NCBI GenBank assembly: GCA_036336685.1
Contig: JAYZFO010000020.1
Span: forward strand, 8,273 to 72,272
From: Pseudomonadota bacterium
GTDB taxonomy: Bacteria; Pseudomonadota; Alphaproteobacteria; MPNO01; UBA830
DNA: 64,000 nt
Reading direction: 5' to 3'
A program made the translations under genes and the position numbers. A model generated the notes under the pieces. The model saw only the letters and a list, made by a program, of their open reading frames with translations, did not search any database and was not told where the DNA came from. The number at the start of each line of letters is the position of its first letter. Position 1 is the first letter of the stretch. Of this stretch, positions 30,785 to 41,033 are shown one piece after another.

Positions 30785-31288
30785 TTATATATCTGATCCC
30801 TCCGAGTCGACGTGTTGTTCCACATACAGTGCACCGAAGTCAATCGGGTTTATCATCAGGGGTGGAAAGCCGCCGTCGCGTACGGCGTTGGATACTATAG
30901 AACGAGCGAATGGAAATAGATGGCGCGGCCCTTCAATCAGAACAATAGGCCTTATATCGTCCTCTGGAATTCCTGAGACTTGCACAATTCCACTATATGT
31001 TAATTCAACAATAAAAACCGGACTATCGTCATGTGAGGCTTCTGCTCGCACGAATACCGAAACTTCGAATACACCCTCATCATTTATAGACCGTGCATTC
31101 GTAGTCACGTCAACATTTACTTCCATATTTTGTTGAACAATTGAGAGTGTTTCAATACCGCGAGGGTTTTCGAAGGAAAAATCCTTAATATATTGCGCGC
31201 CAATCATGAAGGGCACAGTGTTCTCAACACCATTATCCTCTGCACCATTTGCGCCGTTTTCGAGTGGTACCTCCGAATTATCCGCCAT
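30785..31288 (-). CDS. secB: Protein-export chaperone SecB
   Basis: QYIKDFSFENP..., LLIEGPRHLFPFARSIVSNAVRDGGFPPLMINPIDF. Confidence 0.9.
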   Translation of the reverse strand: MADNSEVPLENGANGAEDNGVENTVPFMIGAQYIKDFSFENPRGIETLSIVQQNMEVNVDVTTNARSINDEGVFEVSVFVRAEASHDDSPVFIVELTYSGIVQVSGIPEDDIRPIVLIEGPRHLFPFARSIVSNAVRDGGFPPLMINPIDFGALYVEQHVDSEGSDI

Positions 31289-31368
31289 TATTTACTCCCA
31301 CTTTATGTGATCGGTGGCTACCATGAACGAGTTTATTAAACAAGGTGATGTTTCTAAATCAGGCCTTA

Positions 31369-31923
31369 CTATGACCAAACCGTTTTTAGCGGCGGATGTG
31401 GGGCTAGAGGATTGCAAAGCAGGTGCTCACCATTTCCGATACGTTTTCCGGTGAGAGAGCGAATAACACCCCAGTGAGTAATTACTATTGTATTAGCCCA
31501 ATTTTCTGTTTGAGCTATTGATTGGCGAAATTTGCCACAGCGCATATGAAATTTCGGGATAGTTTCCTCCGTTCTGTTCCACCATGTTTCTTTAAGATGT
31601 GAAAAGTCTAGGCTGGACCACTTGCGCTCGAGTATGCTCGCGGAAGTACCAACATCACAAATATATGCAGTGCGCTCGCGAACAGCCGGCTCAACGGTTA
31701 TCGGCAGCTTCAATAAATTGCATACTTTTTCTGCGGTTTGTAAGGCTCTTGTATAGGGGCTAGAAATCACGTGTTTAATGTTATGGTCGAGCAATGTTTG
31801 GGCGAGATCTTCGGCTTGTTTTATGCCGCGCTTTGTAAGCGGAGGATCTTCTATACCGGGATCGATCCTCGTTTGGCTAAATCTAACATTGAACTCCGTT
31901 TGTCCGTGGCGGGCTAAAAACAT
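31369..31923 (-). CDS. Histidine phosphatase (phosphoglycerate-mutase-like) family protein
   Basis: Start set at MFLARHGQTEFN (RHG catalytic motif). The ORF is open to 31986. Confidence 0.7.
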   Translation of the reverse strand: MFLARHGQTEFNVRFSQTRIDPGIEDPPLTKRGIKQAEDLAQTLLDHNIKHVISSPYTRALQTAEKVCNLLKLPITVEPAVRERTAYICDVGTSASILERKWSSLDFSHLKETWWNRTEETIPKFHMRCGKFRQSIAQTENWANTIVITHWGVIRSLTGKRIGNGEHLLCNPLAPHPPLKTVWS

Positions 31924-32005
31924 TTTTTGCTGGGCAGATCGTATGCAGAAATATAGACGGCTATTCGTTTCACGATGGTTTATCACTAGTTGTAATTATA
32001 TACAT

Positions 32006-32641
32006 CTATCCTAATAACTTATCTGGGTATTTACACAATTCTTGCACGATGCAAAGGTGACAATCAGGCTTACGAGCCTTGCACACGTATCTCCCATGAA
32101 GTATTAGCCAGTGGTGTGCGTTTAGCATCCAGTTTTGAGGAATTCTCCTGACTAACTTCTTTTCTACTTGCTCTACGTTTTTTCCCGGCGCCATTCCGGT
32201 ACGATTTGATATCCGAAAAATGTGGGTATCCACTGCCATAGTTGGTTGCCCAAACGCAATGTTCAGTACCACGTTGGCCGTTTTGCGCCCCACTCCTGGC
32301 AATCGAACGAGTTCTTCTCGGGTCTTGGGGACTTGGCCTCCAAAATCAGCTATGAGCATTTTGGATAAAGCAATCACATTCTTTGCTTTATTACGATAAA
32401 GTCCAATAGTTTTAATGTGATCTTGTAACTTGCTTTCTCCCAACGCCACCATTTTTTCTGGGTTATCGACTAACCGAAAGAGCGCATTAGTTGCCCTATT
32501 AACGCCGGCGTCGGTAGCTTGGGCTGAGAGGACAACTGCTACGGTTAAAGTAAACTCGTTTACATAGTAAAGTTCCCCGCGAGGGCTGGGGTTTTTTTCG
32601 GAAAGACGCCGGAAGAATTCGTCCACGTCTTTTGAGGGCAT
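32006..32641 (-). CDS. nth: Endonuclease III
   Basis: LSAQATD, HhH-GPD (LPGVGRKTANVVL) and a C-terminal Cys cluster CKARKPDCHLCIVQELC. Start chosen by analogy with E. coli Nth; the ORF is open to 32674. Confidence 0.9.
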   Translation of the reverse strand: MPSKDVDEFFRRLSEKNPSPRGELYYVNEFTLTVAVVLSAQATDAGVNRATNALFRLVDNPEKMVALGESKLQDHIKTIGLYRNKAKNVIALSKMLIADFGGQVPKTREELVRLPGVGRKTANVVLNIAFGQPTMAVDTHIFRISNRTGMAPGKNVEQVEKKLVRRIPQNWMLNAHHWLILHGRYVCKARKPDCHLCIVQELCKYPDKLLG

Positions 32642-32864
32642 AGTTGCGCGCATCAACAATGTTTTAACTTCCAACGGGGTTTACGAAAAGGCCATACGAA
32701 ACTTTTATGATTGGATGCCGCCTGGTTGCTAGTACATTTGTGAATCTGGTAGTGGGAACTGTTGGATTATCTAGTGGCGTTATGCAGTTAGTCTGGAAGT
32801 GCCATATAACGACACAACTTGGGTTGTTATGGACTTTGGTGCTGTGGTTTCTATTATAAGTTTT

Positions 32865-33401
32865 ATGATTGAACCTTGTGCAAGCGCGCCGCAACAAAAA
32901 CAGTGCGGGGCGCCGAATAACGATTGCTTTTTTGATGTGATTTTAAAACCCAACACCAGCCTAGGTTCTAGGGGATTTTGGTTGTTGATGATCGGTATTT
33001 CCGTTTTTGGGTTGATTGCCGGGGTCGGTTTTGTGGCGGTTGGCGCCTGGCCGGTGCTCGGATTTTTTGGTCTTGATGTCTTGTTAATTTATCTAGCCTT
33101 TAAAATTAATTACCGACGGGCACGAAGGTACGAGCGGATCTCCTTGGGTAAGCGCGTGCTTGTGGTTGACCAAGTCAGTGCTTCCGGAAGGATAAATCGG
33201 TGGCAGGTCGAGCCTAGCTGGCTTAGGGTCCAGGTTACAAGCGCTTCGAAACATGACAGACAACTTATTTTGTCGAGCCATGGCCAAAGCGTTAACATCG
33301 GAAGTTTTTTGGCTCCGGACGAGAGGTCAGAATTGGCGAGTGTACTTAAAAAGGCTTTAAAATTCCGTGCGACGCCTAAACACCTTCTTAAACAATATTG
33401 A
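32865..33401 (+). CDS. DUF2244-like two-TM membrane protein
   Basis: RGFWLLMIGISVFGLIAGVGFVAVGAWPVLGFFGLDVLLIYLAFKINYRRARRYE matches my recollection of DUF2244. The start is uncertain (32799, 32829 or 32865). Confidence 0.5.
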   Translation: MIEPCASAPQQKQCGAPNNDCFFDVILKPNTSLGSRGFWLLMIGISVFGLIAGVGFVAVGAWPVLGFFGLDVLLIYLAFKINYRRARRYERISLGKRVLVVDQVSASGRINRWQVEPSWLRVQVTSASKHDRQLILSSHGQSVNIGSFLAPDERSELASVLKKALKFRATPKHLLKQY

Positions 33402-33470
33402 CCGTAGGCCACTCTCGGGCCACAGTCACTCCGCTGAGGAAATAATAGGTACTAGGATTAGTGGGGAAAA

Positions 33471-34658
33471 ATGCCAATCAAACCTCTCGTAGACGCTCTT
33501 GACTTTAATTATCTAGTAAACACCCTCCAGGAATTAGCGAAGGTTCCAGCGGCGGTGCCTATGGGCACTGAGGTGTTTATGGAGCCGGATAATCCTGTGC
33601 TTGTTCGTTACGTTCAGAAAGAAATTAAGCCAAAATTAACAGCCATAGGAGATGTAACTCTAATCGATGTGCCCGAAAACCAAATTGTTGTAGAAATCGG
33701 TAACGGTGGTCGTGAAAAAGCTCTTTTGATTCAAGTGTATACGCCTGTTCAGCACCATAATCTAATGGACGAACCGTGGTCTGGGAAGATTGAGAATGCC
33801 GCAACCTGGGGCTATGACGAGCCCTGTATATTTGGCCAGGGAGTGACCCAAAATAAATCCCATCAGGCGATTGTATTAACAATATTAAAGCTCTTAAGGG
33901 ACAATAATGTGACGTTAGATGGCCAGCTTTATGTTGCTTTCAATAACGAGGGCCGAAGCAGCCACTCATGCACGGAATCGATTCTTAATGCACTACCCCA
34001 AAAACCTGACTTTGCCCTTTTACTGACCGCGACCGGAGAGAAGATTTCGATGGGTAATCGTGGACGGGTCGACGTAAATGTTACGGTGCGCGGAAAAGCA
34101 GTACACTCTAGTGTACCGTCTACAGGCCTCAGTGCTATAGAAGGTGCGTGGGAGGTTATGAAACGTCTCAAAGGACTAGAATTACCTGGTTCCCATGAAC
34201 AGCTTGGTCACAGGCATGCTATTCCCTATCAGGTGATCTATGAACCTCTCGCCCCCCATACCCTGCCTGAAACCGCGTTTCTTAGAATTGATCGCCGTTT
34301 ATTACCTGGAGATGATCCAGCGAAGGCGACAGATGAAGTTCGCCAGGCTATCGGCGATTTAACACCCTTCCAAGTAACAGTCGAGCAGGGGAACCACATG
34401 TGGCCAGCGATTTGTGATCCCACAGAGATAGGGGTTCGCCGGCTTATGGGGGCCCATGAAGCTATTCATGGAAAAGTTCCAGGGATTTATTATGGACAAG
34501 GCACCTTTGATGCTGGCGGCCCCTGCGCAGCGGGCATTCCGGCTGTGATGTATGGAGTGGGCGGTGCAGGGGGTGTTCTGGAAGCAGATTTTGTACCTAT
34601 CTCGCATCTCGAAAGAGTTGCGCGCACTGTCGCGCAGACAATTCTAACATTTTATTAA
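33471..34658 (+). CDS. Peptidase M20 / ArgE-DapE-fold protein with apparently degenerate metal site
   Basis: The dimerisation-domain signature VTVRGKAVHSSVPSTGLSAIEGA is clear, as is the overall length. The catalytic-domain motifs diverge (see finding). Confidence 0.6.
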   Translation: MPIKPLVDALDFNYLVNTLQELAKVPAAVPMGTEVFMEPDNPVLVRYVQKEIKPKLTAIGDVTLIDVPENQIVVEIGNGGREKALLIQVYTPVQHHNLMDEPWSGKIENAATWGYDEPCIFGQGVTQNKSHQAIVLTILKLLRDNNVTLDGQLYVAFNNEGRSSHSCTESILNALPQKPDFALLLTATGEKISMGNRGRVDVNVTVRGKAVHSSVPSTGLSAIEGAWEVMKRLKGLELPGSHEQLGHRHAIPYQVIYEPLAPHTLPETAFLRIDRRLLPGDDPAKATDEVRQAIGDLTPFQVTVEQGNHMWPAICDPTEIGVRRLMGAHEAIHGKVPGIYYGQGTFDAGGPCAAGIPAVMYGVGGAGGVLEADFVPISHLERVARTVAQTILTFY

Positions 34659-34678
34659 GCACGTAGGGACCCTTGTTC

Positions 34679-35692
34679 ATGGCAGAAAATGAAGCTACCA
34701 GCATGAAGGCAAATTTTGGCCTTAGTTTGTCGACGCGCGCTATTTTATTTGATTGGGGGACGCTCGATGATTTGATGGAAATGGCAGAAACAGCAGAAGC
34801 ATCGGGTTTTTTTCATGGCGTTTGGGTGGGGGATAACCTTCTGTCTAAACCTCGCGTAGAAGCCATGGTTACGCTTTCCGCACTCGCAACGCGGACGAAT
34901 AAGGTGAAGCTTGGGACAATTTGCCTTGCGAGCTTTCCACTGAGAGAGCCGATTCTGTTTGCCCTGCAGTGGGCCAGCCTAGATATTCTTTCTAAGGGGC
35001 GGACAATCCTGACAGTGTGTAATGGCGGGGCGGATAAATTTGGCCCACAATATGCACATGAACTTCAAACTATGGGCGTTACATCCCGCGAACGAGTAGG
35101 TCGAGTGGTGGAGGGTATTTCGATACTTCGTCGACTCTGGAGTGATGAGGTGGTTACTCATAACGGTAAATATCACCAATTCTCAAATGTTGATCTTCAA
35201 CCTAAACCAATTCAAAAACCTATGCCCATACATTTAGCAGTAAATCCGCCGGCAGGCGAGGTGAGTGAAGAAGTCCTTGACCGTGTTCTACGTCGGGTGG
35301 CAAGGCACGCGGACGGTTGGCAGACAGATGGCACGCCCGTAAAGGAATTTAGAGAACGGTTTTCAACAATACGAAGATATGGGGAGGAGCTTGGGCGCGA
35401 TATGTCCAACTTTGATAGTTCACTGCATATGATGGTCAACATCAACGACGATGAAACGAAGGCTTTTGAACAAGCAACCAGTTTTCTAACATCGTATTAC
35501 GGCGCTGGCTTAATTTCGCGGGAACGTGCAGAGACTTGGATTGCATGTGGTTCAACACAGTCTGTAATAGATAAAATTGCTTCTTATATCGATGCAGGCT
35601 GCACGACCCCGGTATTGCGTTTTGTTGCCCCCAACCCCCGCGAGCAACTTCAGCGCTGCATCGAGGAGGTATTGCCGGCATTTAGAAGTTAA
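34679..35692 (+). CDS. LLM-class (luciferase-like) flavin-dependent oxidoreductase
   Basis: FGLSLS start region, FHGVWVGDNL, and a C-terminal TIM-barrel pattern. Start options are 34673 (TTG), 34679 and 34703. Confidence 0.75.
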   Translation: MAENEATSMKANFGLSLSTRAILFDWGTLDDLMEMAETAEASGFFHGVWVGDNLLSKPRVEAMVTLSALATRTNKVKLGTICLASFPLREPILFALQWASLDILSKGRTILTVCNGGADKFGPQYAHELQTMGVTSRERVGRVVEGISILRRLWSDEVVTHNGKYHQFSNVDLQPKPIQKPMPIHLAVNPPAGEVSEEVLDRVLRRVARHADGWQTDGTPVKEFRERFSTIRRYGEELGRDMSNFDSSLHMMVNINDDETKAFEQATSFLTSYYGAGLISRERAETWIACGSTQSVIDKIASYIDAGCTTPVLRFVAPNPREQLQRCIEEVLPAFRS

Positions 35693-35807
35693 AAACATGC
35701 TGACAGTTCTCGCGAACAATATAACGGCCGGGTGAATAGGGAGAGGTTTTATTAAAGGAGAAGATATATTTCGACTCTCGAAGGATTATAAAATTGTCGA
35801 ACAAACC

Positions 35808-36587
35808 ATGAGATTCGTCCGCAAAACCCGGAGATTTGATTATACCAATCAGTCACTCGCGGATTCATTAGAATTGAAAAAGAGTGCCGTTAAAACGGCT
35901 TTCTTACGATGGTCGGGATTGAGCCCGAAACAATTCCTTTCCAATCTGGATATTCGATCGCAAACCGATGGTGTACGTAAAAGAAACATTCGCGCGAGAA
36001 TGCATTTCCCGCACCAAGTGGAGATCTGTCTTGAGGTTACAAAGAGAAGAAAAAGCAAGGAAAAAGGCCCGGCGTTTGATATAAAATATGGTGTCTATGA
36101 TAGCCAATTTGGCACGCTGGTTATTGCAGTGATAGAAGAGAAGATATGTGCATTAGCGTTTTTTGATAACAAAAACCTAGATTCCACTCTTTCCGCGCTT
36201 TATCAAAGGTTTGCGGGGAGCCTGTTTACCAATGACCAGGATGCAACCAAAGCGGCGTATGAGGCAATTTTCGTTGGTATGAGAACGAAGGCCATGGGGC
36301 CGGTTACCCTTACTGTGCAGGGTACCCTCTTTCAAATAAAAGTCTGGAAAACATTACTATCAACCACTCGTGGGCAGCTTTTCACATACGGTGATGTGGC
36401 GCGAACAATTGGACACCCCCGGGCTGTTCGTGCCGTCGGTAGCGCGGTGGGTCACAATCCGATCTCTCTTATTATTCCCTGTCATCGGGTGATTGGTGCC
36501 ACCAGCATTTTTGATACACAATATCGATGGGGCCCTGACAGAAAACTGGCATTAATAGGTTGGGAGCAGGCCGCAAAATTTCCTTAA
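35808..36587 (+). CDS. ogt: Methylated-DNA--protein-cysteine methyltransferase with an N-terminal AraC-type HTH remnant (Ada/Ogt-like)
   Basis: Active-site IIPCHRVIG preceded by TYGDVARTIGHPRAVRAVGSAVGHNP. The N-terminus has LADSLELKKSAVKTAFLRWSGLSPKQFL. Confidence 0.8.
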   Translation: MRFVRKTRRFDYTNQSLADSLELKKSAVKTAFLRWSGLSPKQFLSNLDIRSQTDGVRKRNIRARMHFPHQVEICLEVTKRRKSKEKGPAFDIKYGVYDSQFGTLVIAVIEEKICALAFFDNKNLDSTLSALYQRFAGSLFTNDQDATKAAYEAIFVGMRTKAMGPVTLTVQGTLFQIKVWKTLLSTTRGQLFTYGDVARTIGHPRAVRAVGSAVGHNPISLIIPCHRVIGATSIFDTQYRWGPDRKLALIGWEQAAKFP

Positions 36588-36652
36588 CCACTTTCTTTTT
36601 GGGAAACCCAATAGTTAACGTCTATCCATTACCGCCGTTTGGATATTCCCCG

Positions 36653-37465
36653 TTAATGATCAATTCCCAATACATCGAACATGGTATAGTAGCCAGGCGC
36701 CTTACCCCTAGACCAAAGAGCGGCGTGCACGGCGCCCCGTGAAAAAATTTGTCGTGACTGGGCTTTGTGAGTGAGTTCCAGGCGTTCATCCTCCGTTGCA
36801 AAAATCGCTGTATGATCACCCACCACATTCCCGCCCCGCAAGGTCGCAAACCCAATATCTCCTCGTGCACGCTCGCCCGTGTTACCTTGACGTGTCCATT
36901 GTGCCACCTTGTTAAGGTCGACTTGGCGCCCTTCCGCGGCCGCCCGACCTAAGCCGACTGCAGTTCCAGAAGGGGCATCGACTTTGTGCTTATGATGCAT
37001 TTCAAAAATTTCAATGTCGAAGTCGTCGTTTAGTGTGCTGGCCACTTGTTTTGTGAGGGCGATTAATAAATTTACAGCAAGGCTCATATTTGGGGCATGC
37101 ATAACCACTGTTTTTTCCCCGGCCGCTTTTAATTGCTCTTCTTGTTCTATGTTTAGACCTGTCGTTCCGACTATATGTGCAACACGAGCTTCGGCAGCAA
37201 GTTGAGCGTGTTTTGCTGTTACATCGGGAAGCGTGAATTCGATTACGGCGTCCGAAGCAGCCATTACTGCACTGGGGTCGTCGGTAATTTCAACACCAAT
37301 TGCACCTTTTCCTGCTGTTTCTCCTGCATCTCGTCCGATCTGTGATGTGCCCGGCATATCGGATGCCGCTACCAGAATACAGTTGTCGGTGTCGATTACT
37401 TGGTGAATATTCGCCTGCCCCATGCGACCACTCGCCCCGATAATTCCAATTCTTAACTCGGCCAT
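36653..37465 (-). CDS. dapB: 4-hydroxy-tetrahydrodipicolinate reductase
   Basis: IGIIGASGRMG NAD(P) motif and EMHHKHKVDAPSGTA signature. Confidence 0.9.
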   Translation of the reverse strand: MAELRIGIIGASGRMGQANIHQVIDTDNCILVAASDMPGTSQIGRDAGETAGKGAIGVEITDDPSAVMAASDAVIEFTLPDVTAKHAQLAAEARVAHIVGTTGLNIEQEEQLKAAGEKTVVMHAPNMSLAVNLLIALTKQVASTLNDDFDIEIFEMHHKHKVDAPSGTAVGLGRAAAEGRQVDLNKVAQWTRQGNTGERARGDIGFATLRGGNVVGDHTAIFATEDERLELTHKAQSRQIFSRGAVHAALWSRGKAPGYYTMFDVLGIDH

Positions 37466-37602
37466 CTTGTATTACCTATGTTTTCTCTTTTCCTTGTTGC
37501 ACACCATTTAGGTTCGGAAAAGGGGAGGAAAATCCACGTCGCTTTATTCAAGGTACCATTTTGCAATAGTTTTATACGATGTGTTCATAATAGTGGAACG
37601 GG

Positions 37603-38748
37603 CTACTCTTTAATATCTTCCCAAAGTTCTTTTACACGAGCAAAAAAACCTTCCGATTCTGGGCTAGTAGTACTTTTTCCGCTGCCTGGTTTTTCACTAT
37701 CAAATTCCTGTAAAAGTTCTTCCTGGCGTTTGGAAAGGTTTACCGGCGTTTCAACAAGCACATCAATAAACATATCTCCGCGAGCCGCACTGCGTAAAAC
37801 GGACATGCCCTTATTTCGTAGCCTGTACTGATGCCCGTTTTGTGTGCCCTTCGGTATCGTAACTTTTGCTCGCTTTCCCTCAATTGTGGGGACCTCAATG
37901 GTGCCCCCCAATGTCGCTGTCATCATCGGTATTGGTACTTTCATATAAAGATTATTTTGTTCCCTAAGAAACATTTTGTGTGGGGCAACTTCCACAAAAA
38001 TATATAAATCCCCCGCCCCGCCACCTTGCGTTCCGGCTTCTCCTTCCCCAGAAAGTCGAATGCGCGTGCCGTCCTCAACGCCTCCCGGAACGGTAACTTT
38101 TAGAGTCTTTTCTCTCCGTACTCGGCCACCACCGCTACAATTCTCGCACGGATCGGCTATTACTTGGCCCGCTCCGTTACATGACGGGCAGGTCCGTTCA
38201 ATAGTAAAAAACCCTTGTTGGGCACGGACCTTTCCGTGGCCTTGACAGGAAGTGCATGTTGATGGCCGTGACCCTTTGGCGGCCCCTGATCCGTTACAGT
38301 TCTCGCAGGTAACAGCGGTAGGCACTCTAATTTGAGTTTCTATCCCATTGAACGCGTCATTCAGACTGATTTGCATGTTATAACGTAGATCGGCTCCGTG
38401 AGCGGCCCCAGCTCTTTCTCTCCCGCTGGAACGTCCGCCACCCATAAAGTCTCCAAACATTTCGTCAAAAATGTCAGCAAAACCGCCACCAAAACCTGAG
38501 GCGTTGCCTGCAGGGCCGCCACCCTCAAAAGCAGCATGCCCGAACTGGTCGTAGGCTGCTCGTTTTTCCGAATCCCTTAAAACATCGTATGCTTCATTAA
38601 TTTCCTTAAATTTTTCTTCGGCGGCGGAGTCGCCTTGATTACGGTCCGGGTGATACTTCATCGCAAGCTTACGGTACGCACTTTTGAGCGTTGTATCGTC
38701 AGCACTACGATCAACGTCCAGTGAGTCATAATAATCCGGTTTTGCCAT
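37603..38748 (-). CDS. dnaJ: Molecular chaperone DnaJ
   Basis: J domain with HPD (KYHPDRN), a G/F region, and four CxxCxGxG zinc-finger repeats. Confidence 0.95.
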   Translation of the reverse strand: MAKPDYYDSLDVDRSADDTTLKSAYRKLAMKYHPDRNQGDSAAEEKFKEINEAYDVLRDSEKRAAYDQFGHAAFEGGGPAGNASGFGGGFADIFDEMFGDFMGGGRSSGRERAGAAHGADLRYNMQISLNDAFNGIETQIRVPTAVTCENCNGSGAAKGSRPSTCTSCQGHGKVRAQQGFFTIERTCPSCNGAGQVIADPCENCSGGGRVRREKTLKVTVPGGVEDGTRIRLSGEGEAGTQGGGAGDLYIFVEVAPHKMFLREQNNLYMKVPIPMMTATLGGTIEVPTIEGKRAKVTIPKGTQNGHQYRLRNKGMSVLRSAARGDMFIDVLVETPVNLSKRQEELLQEFDSEKPGSGKSTTSPESEGFFARVKELWEDIKE

Positions 38749-38817
38749 GGCTAAGCGCCTTCCCCCAAGGGTATTGCTACCTATGCAGTCACGTTTGGTG
38801 TTTTGTAGGTAAAGACC

Positions 38818-40779
38818 CTATGACGCTTTGTCCTTGGGTTCGTCATCGTCGATTTCCTCGAAGTCAGCATCTACCACGTTAGCGTTATTGTCATCGCCGT
38901 TTGTCGTGCCCGCGTCAGCACTTGCGGGCTCATCACCACTCATATTAGAGGCACTAGCTGCTTCTTCTTGTTGTGCTTTGTATAATGCCTCGCCTAGTTT
39001 TTGGGCTGCTTGCGCTAATGTTTCTGTTTTTGCTGTGATTTCAGCTGGGTCTGGCTCTTCCATTTCGAGTGCTGTTCGAAGATCAGCGATAGCCGTCTCT
39101 ATGGCCGTCTTGTCTTCCTCGTCAAGAGATTCGCCATGTTCCTCCATTGTTTTCTCTGTCGTATAAATTAGGCTATCCGCATTATTTTTCGCTTCCACCA
39201 TCTCCCGTCTTTTCTTGTCGGCTTCGGAATTAGCCTCGGCGTCAGCAACCATTTGTTCGATGTCATCATCTGACAATCCACCGGATGCTTCGATGCGAAT
39301 GTTTTGCTCTTTATTAGTGGCTTTGTCCTTGGCGCTCACATTAACTATGCCGTTCGCATCAATATCAAACGCAACGTCAATTTGTGGCATGCCGCGCGCG
39401 GCGGGTGGAATTCCGACCAGGTCAAATTGGCCCAGTAATTTATTGTCGCCCGCCATTTCTCTTTCACCCTGGAAGACCCTTATTGTCACTGCACCTTGGT
39501 TGTCTTCCGCCGTCGAAAAAACCTGACTTTTTTTGGTTGGAATTGTCGTATTGCGATCTATCAGACGCGTAAAAACACCCCCCAATGTTTCTATGCCGAG
39601 CGAAAGTGGCGTAACGTCCAGCAATAAAACGTCTTTTACGTCACCTTTAAGAACACCGGCCTGAATGGCTGCGCCAATTGCTACAACTTCATCAGGGTTA
39701 ACACCTCGGTGGGGATCGCGTCCAAAAAAGTTTTTTACAGTTTCAATAACCTTTGGCATTCGGGTCATTCCCCCTACGAGTATGACCTCATTTATTTCCC
39801 CCGCCGAGAGACCCGCATCCTTTAATGCTGACTTGCATGGCCCGATTGTTCGATCAACCAGATCATCCACCAACGCCTCGAGTTTTGCTCGAGTAACTTT
39901 TATATTGAGATGTTTTGGGCCATTTTGATCGGCGGTAATAAATGGAAGATTAACCTCGGTTTGTGCTGAGGAAGACAGCTCTATTTTTGCTTTTTCAGCG
40001 GCTTCCTTAAGTCTTTGCAGTGCTAGCTTGTCTTCTCGTAGGTCAATGGTGCTTTCTTTTTTAAATTCGTCCGCTAGATACTCCATAATGCGAGCGTCAA
40101 AATCCTCACCACCTAAGAACGTGTCCCCATTTGTAGACTTTACTTCAAAAACCCCGTCACCAATTTCAAGGATTGAAACATCAAACGTCCCGCCGCCGAG
40201 GTCGTAGACCGCAATTGTGCCCGTTTCGTTTTTCTCTAATCCATAGGCTAGGGCCGCGGCTGTGGGCTCATTGATGATTCTAAGAACCTCAAGTCCCGCT
40301 ATTTTTCCGGCGTCTTTTGTTGCCTGGCGTTGAGAGTCATTAAAATATGCGGGTACAGTGACGACGGCTTCAGTGACATCCTCCCCTATGTGCGCCTCCG
40401 CTGTTTCCTTCATTTTCTGAAGAATAAAGGCGGAAATTTGGCTGGGAGAATACTTTTCGCCATCGGCCTCGACCCAAGCATCTCCGTTTTCTGCCTTAAC
40501 AATATTGTAAGGCACCAGATCTTCGTCTTTTTTTGTTGTAGGGTCGTCAAACGAGCGCCCAATCAAACGCTTAATTGCGAAAAGGGTGTTTTCTGGGTTG
40601 GTTACAGCTTGGCGTTTAGCCGCCTGACCGACCAGACGCTCATCACCCTCCGAAAAGGCGACCATAGAGGGCGTTGTACGAGCTCCTTCAGAATTTTCGA
40701 TAACACGGGCGTCGGAGCCCTCCATAACCGCAACACATGAATTTGTTGTGCCGAGATCAATACCGATTGCTTTGCCCAT
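38818..40779 (-). CDS. dnaK: Molecular chaperone DnaK (Hsp70)
   Basis: GIDLGTTNS and DLGGGTFD signatures, 653 aa, acidic C-terminus. Confidence 0.97.
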   Translation of the reverse strand: MGKAIGIDLGTTNSCVAVMEGSDARVIENSEGARTTPSMVAFSEGDERLVGQAAKRQAVTNPENTLFAIKRLIGRSFDDPTTKKDEDLVPYNIVKAENGDAWVEADGEKYSPSQISAFILQKMKETAEAHIGEDVTEAVVTVPAYFNDSQRQATKDAGKIAGLEVLRIINEPTAAALAYGLEKNETGTIAVYDLGGGTFDVSILEIGDGVFEVKSTNGDTFLGGEDFDARIMEYLADEFKKESTIDLREDKLALQRLKEAAEKAKIELSSSAQTEVNLPFITADQNGPKHLNIKVTRAKLEALVDDLVDRTIGPCKSALKDAGLSAGEINEVILVGGMTRMPKVIETVKNFFGRDPHRGVNPDEVVAIGAAIQAGVLKGDVKDVLLLDVTPLSLGIETLGGVFTRLIDRNTTIPTKKSQVFSTAEDNQGAVTIRVFQGEREMAGDNKLLGQFDLVGIPPAARGMPQIDVAFDIDANGIVNVSAKDKATNKEQNIRIEASGGLSDDDIEQMVADAEANSEADKKRREMVEAKNNADSLIYTTEKTMEEHGESLDEEDKTAIETAIADLRTALEMEEPDPAEITAKTETLAQAAQKLGEALYKAQQEEAASASNMSGDEPASADAGTTNGDDNNANVVDADFEEIDDDEPKDKAS

Positions 40780-40876
40780 AATAATGCCTCATTTTTTGCG
40801 AGAATTCTTAGCCGCAAATGACCGTTTAGAAATCTCAGAAGTTTCGTGTGTACACTTGGCGAGTGATATATCAGTT

Positions 40877-40905
40877 ATATAGGTATTGAATTCTAGTGTT
40901 ACAAT
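40877..40905 (-). promoter_or_regulatory. Candidate RpoH (sigma-32)-type promoter upstream of dnaK
   Basis: The minus strand reads ATTG-N18-CCTATAT, against the alphaproteobacterial heat-shock consensus CTTG-N17/18-CYTATNT. It lies about 95 nt upstream of the dnaK ATG. This is pattern match only. Confidence 0.3.
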
Positions 40906-41033
40906 AGTGCAATAATTTAACGCAGATATATGATGGCCGTAGATGTATCACGGGGTTTTAATAGGTTGATAGGAATATAGTTGATAGAACTGTAGTTAGA
41001 GCACTATCTCGTCGCAGTGCAATATATGGCTGG

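Noticed and set aside
32664-32897. 77-aa minus-strand ORF upstream of nth.
   Set aside because: It lies in the divergent promoter region and overlaps the DUF2244-like gene's possible 5' end. It has no recognisable features.
36560-36870. Small ORFs (36560-36742 plus, 36622-36870 minus) at the ogt/dapB convergent junction.
   Set aside because: They overlap the dapB 3' coding region in other frames and show no motifs. dapB is clearly the real gene.
40996-41024. CIRCE-like inverted repeat (TTAGAGCACT-N10-AGTGCAAT) upstream of dnaK and downstream of egtB.
   Set aside because: Only 5 bp (GCACT/AGTGC) actually pair. It does not match TTAGCACTC-N9-GAGTGCTAA. In alphaproteobacteria dnaK is normally RpoH-controlled, and CIRCE/HrcA acts on groESL.
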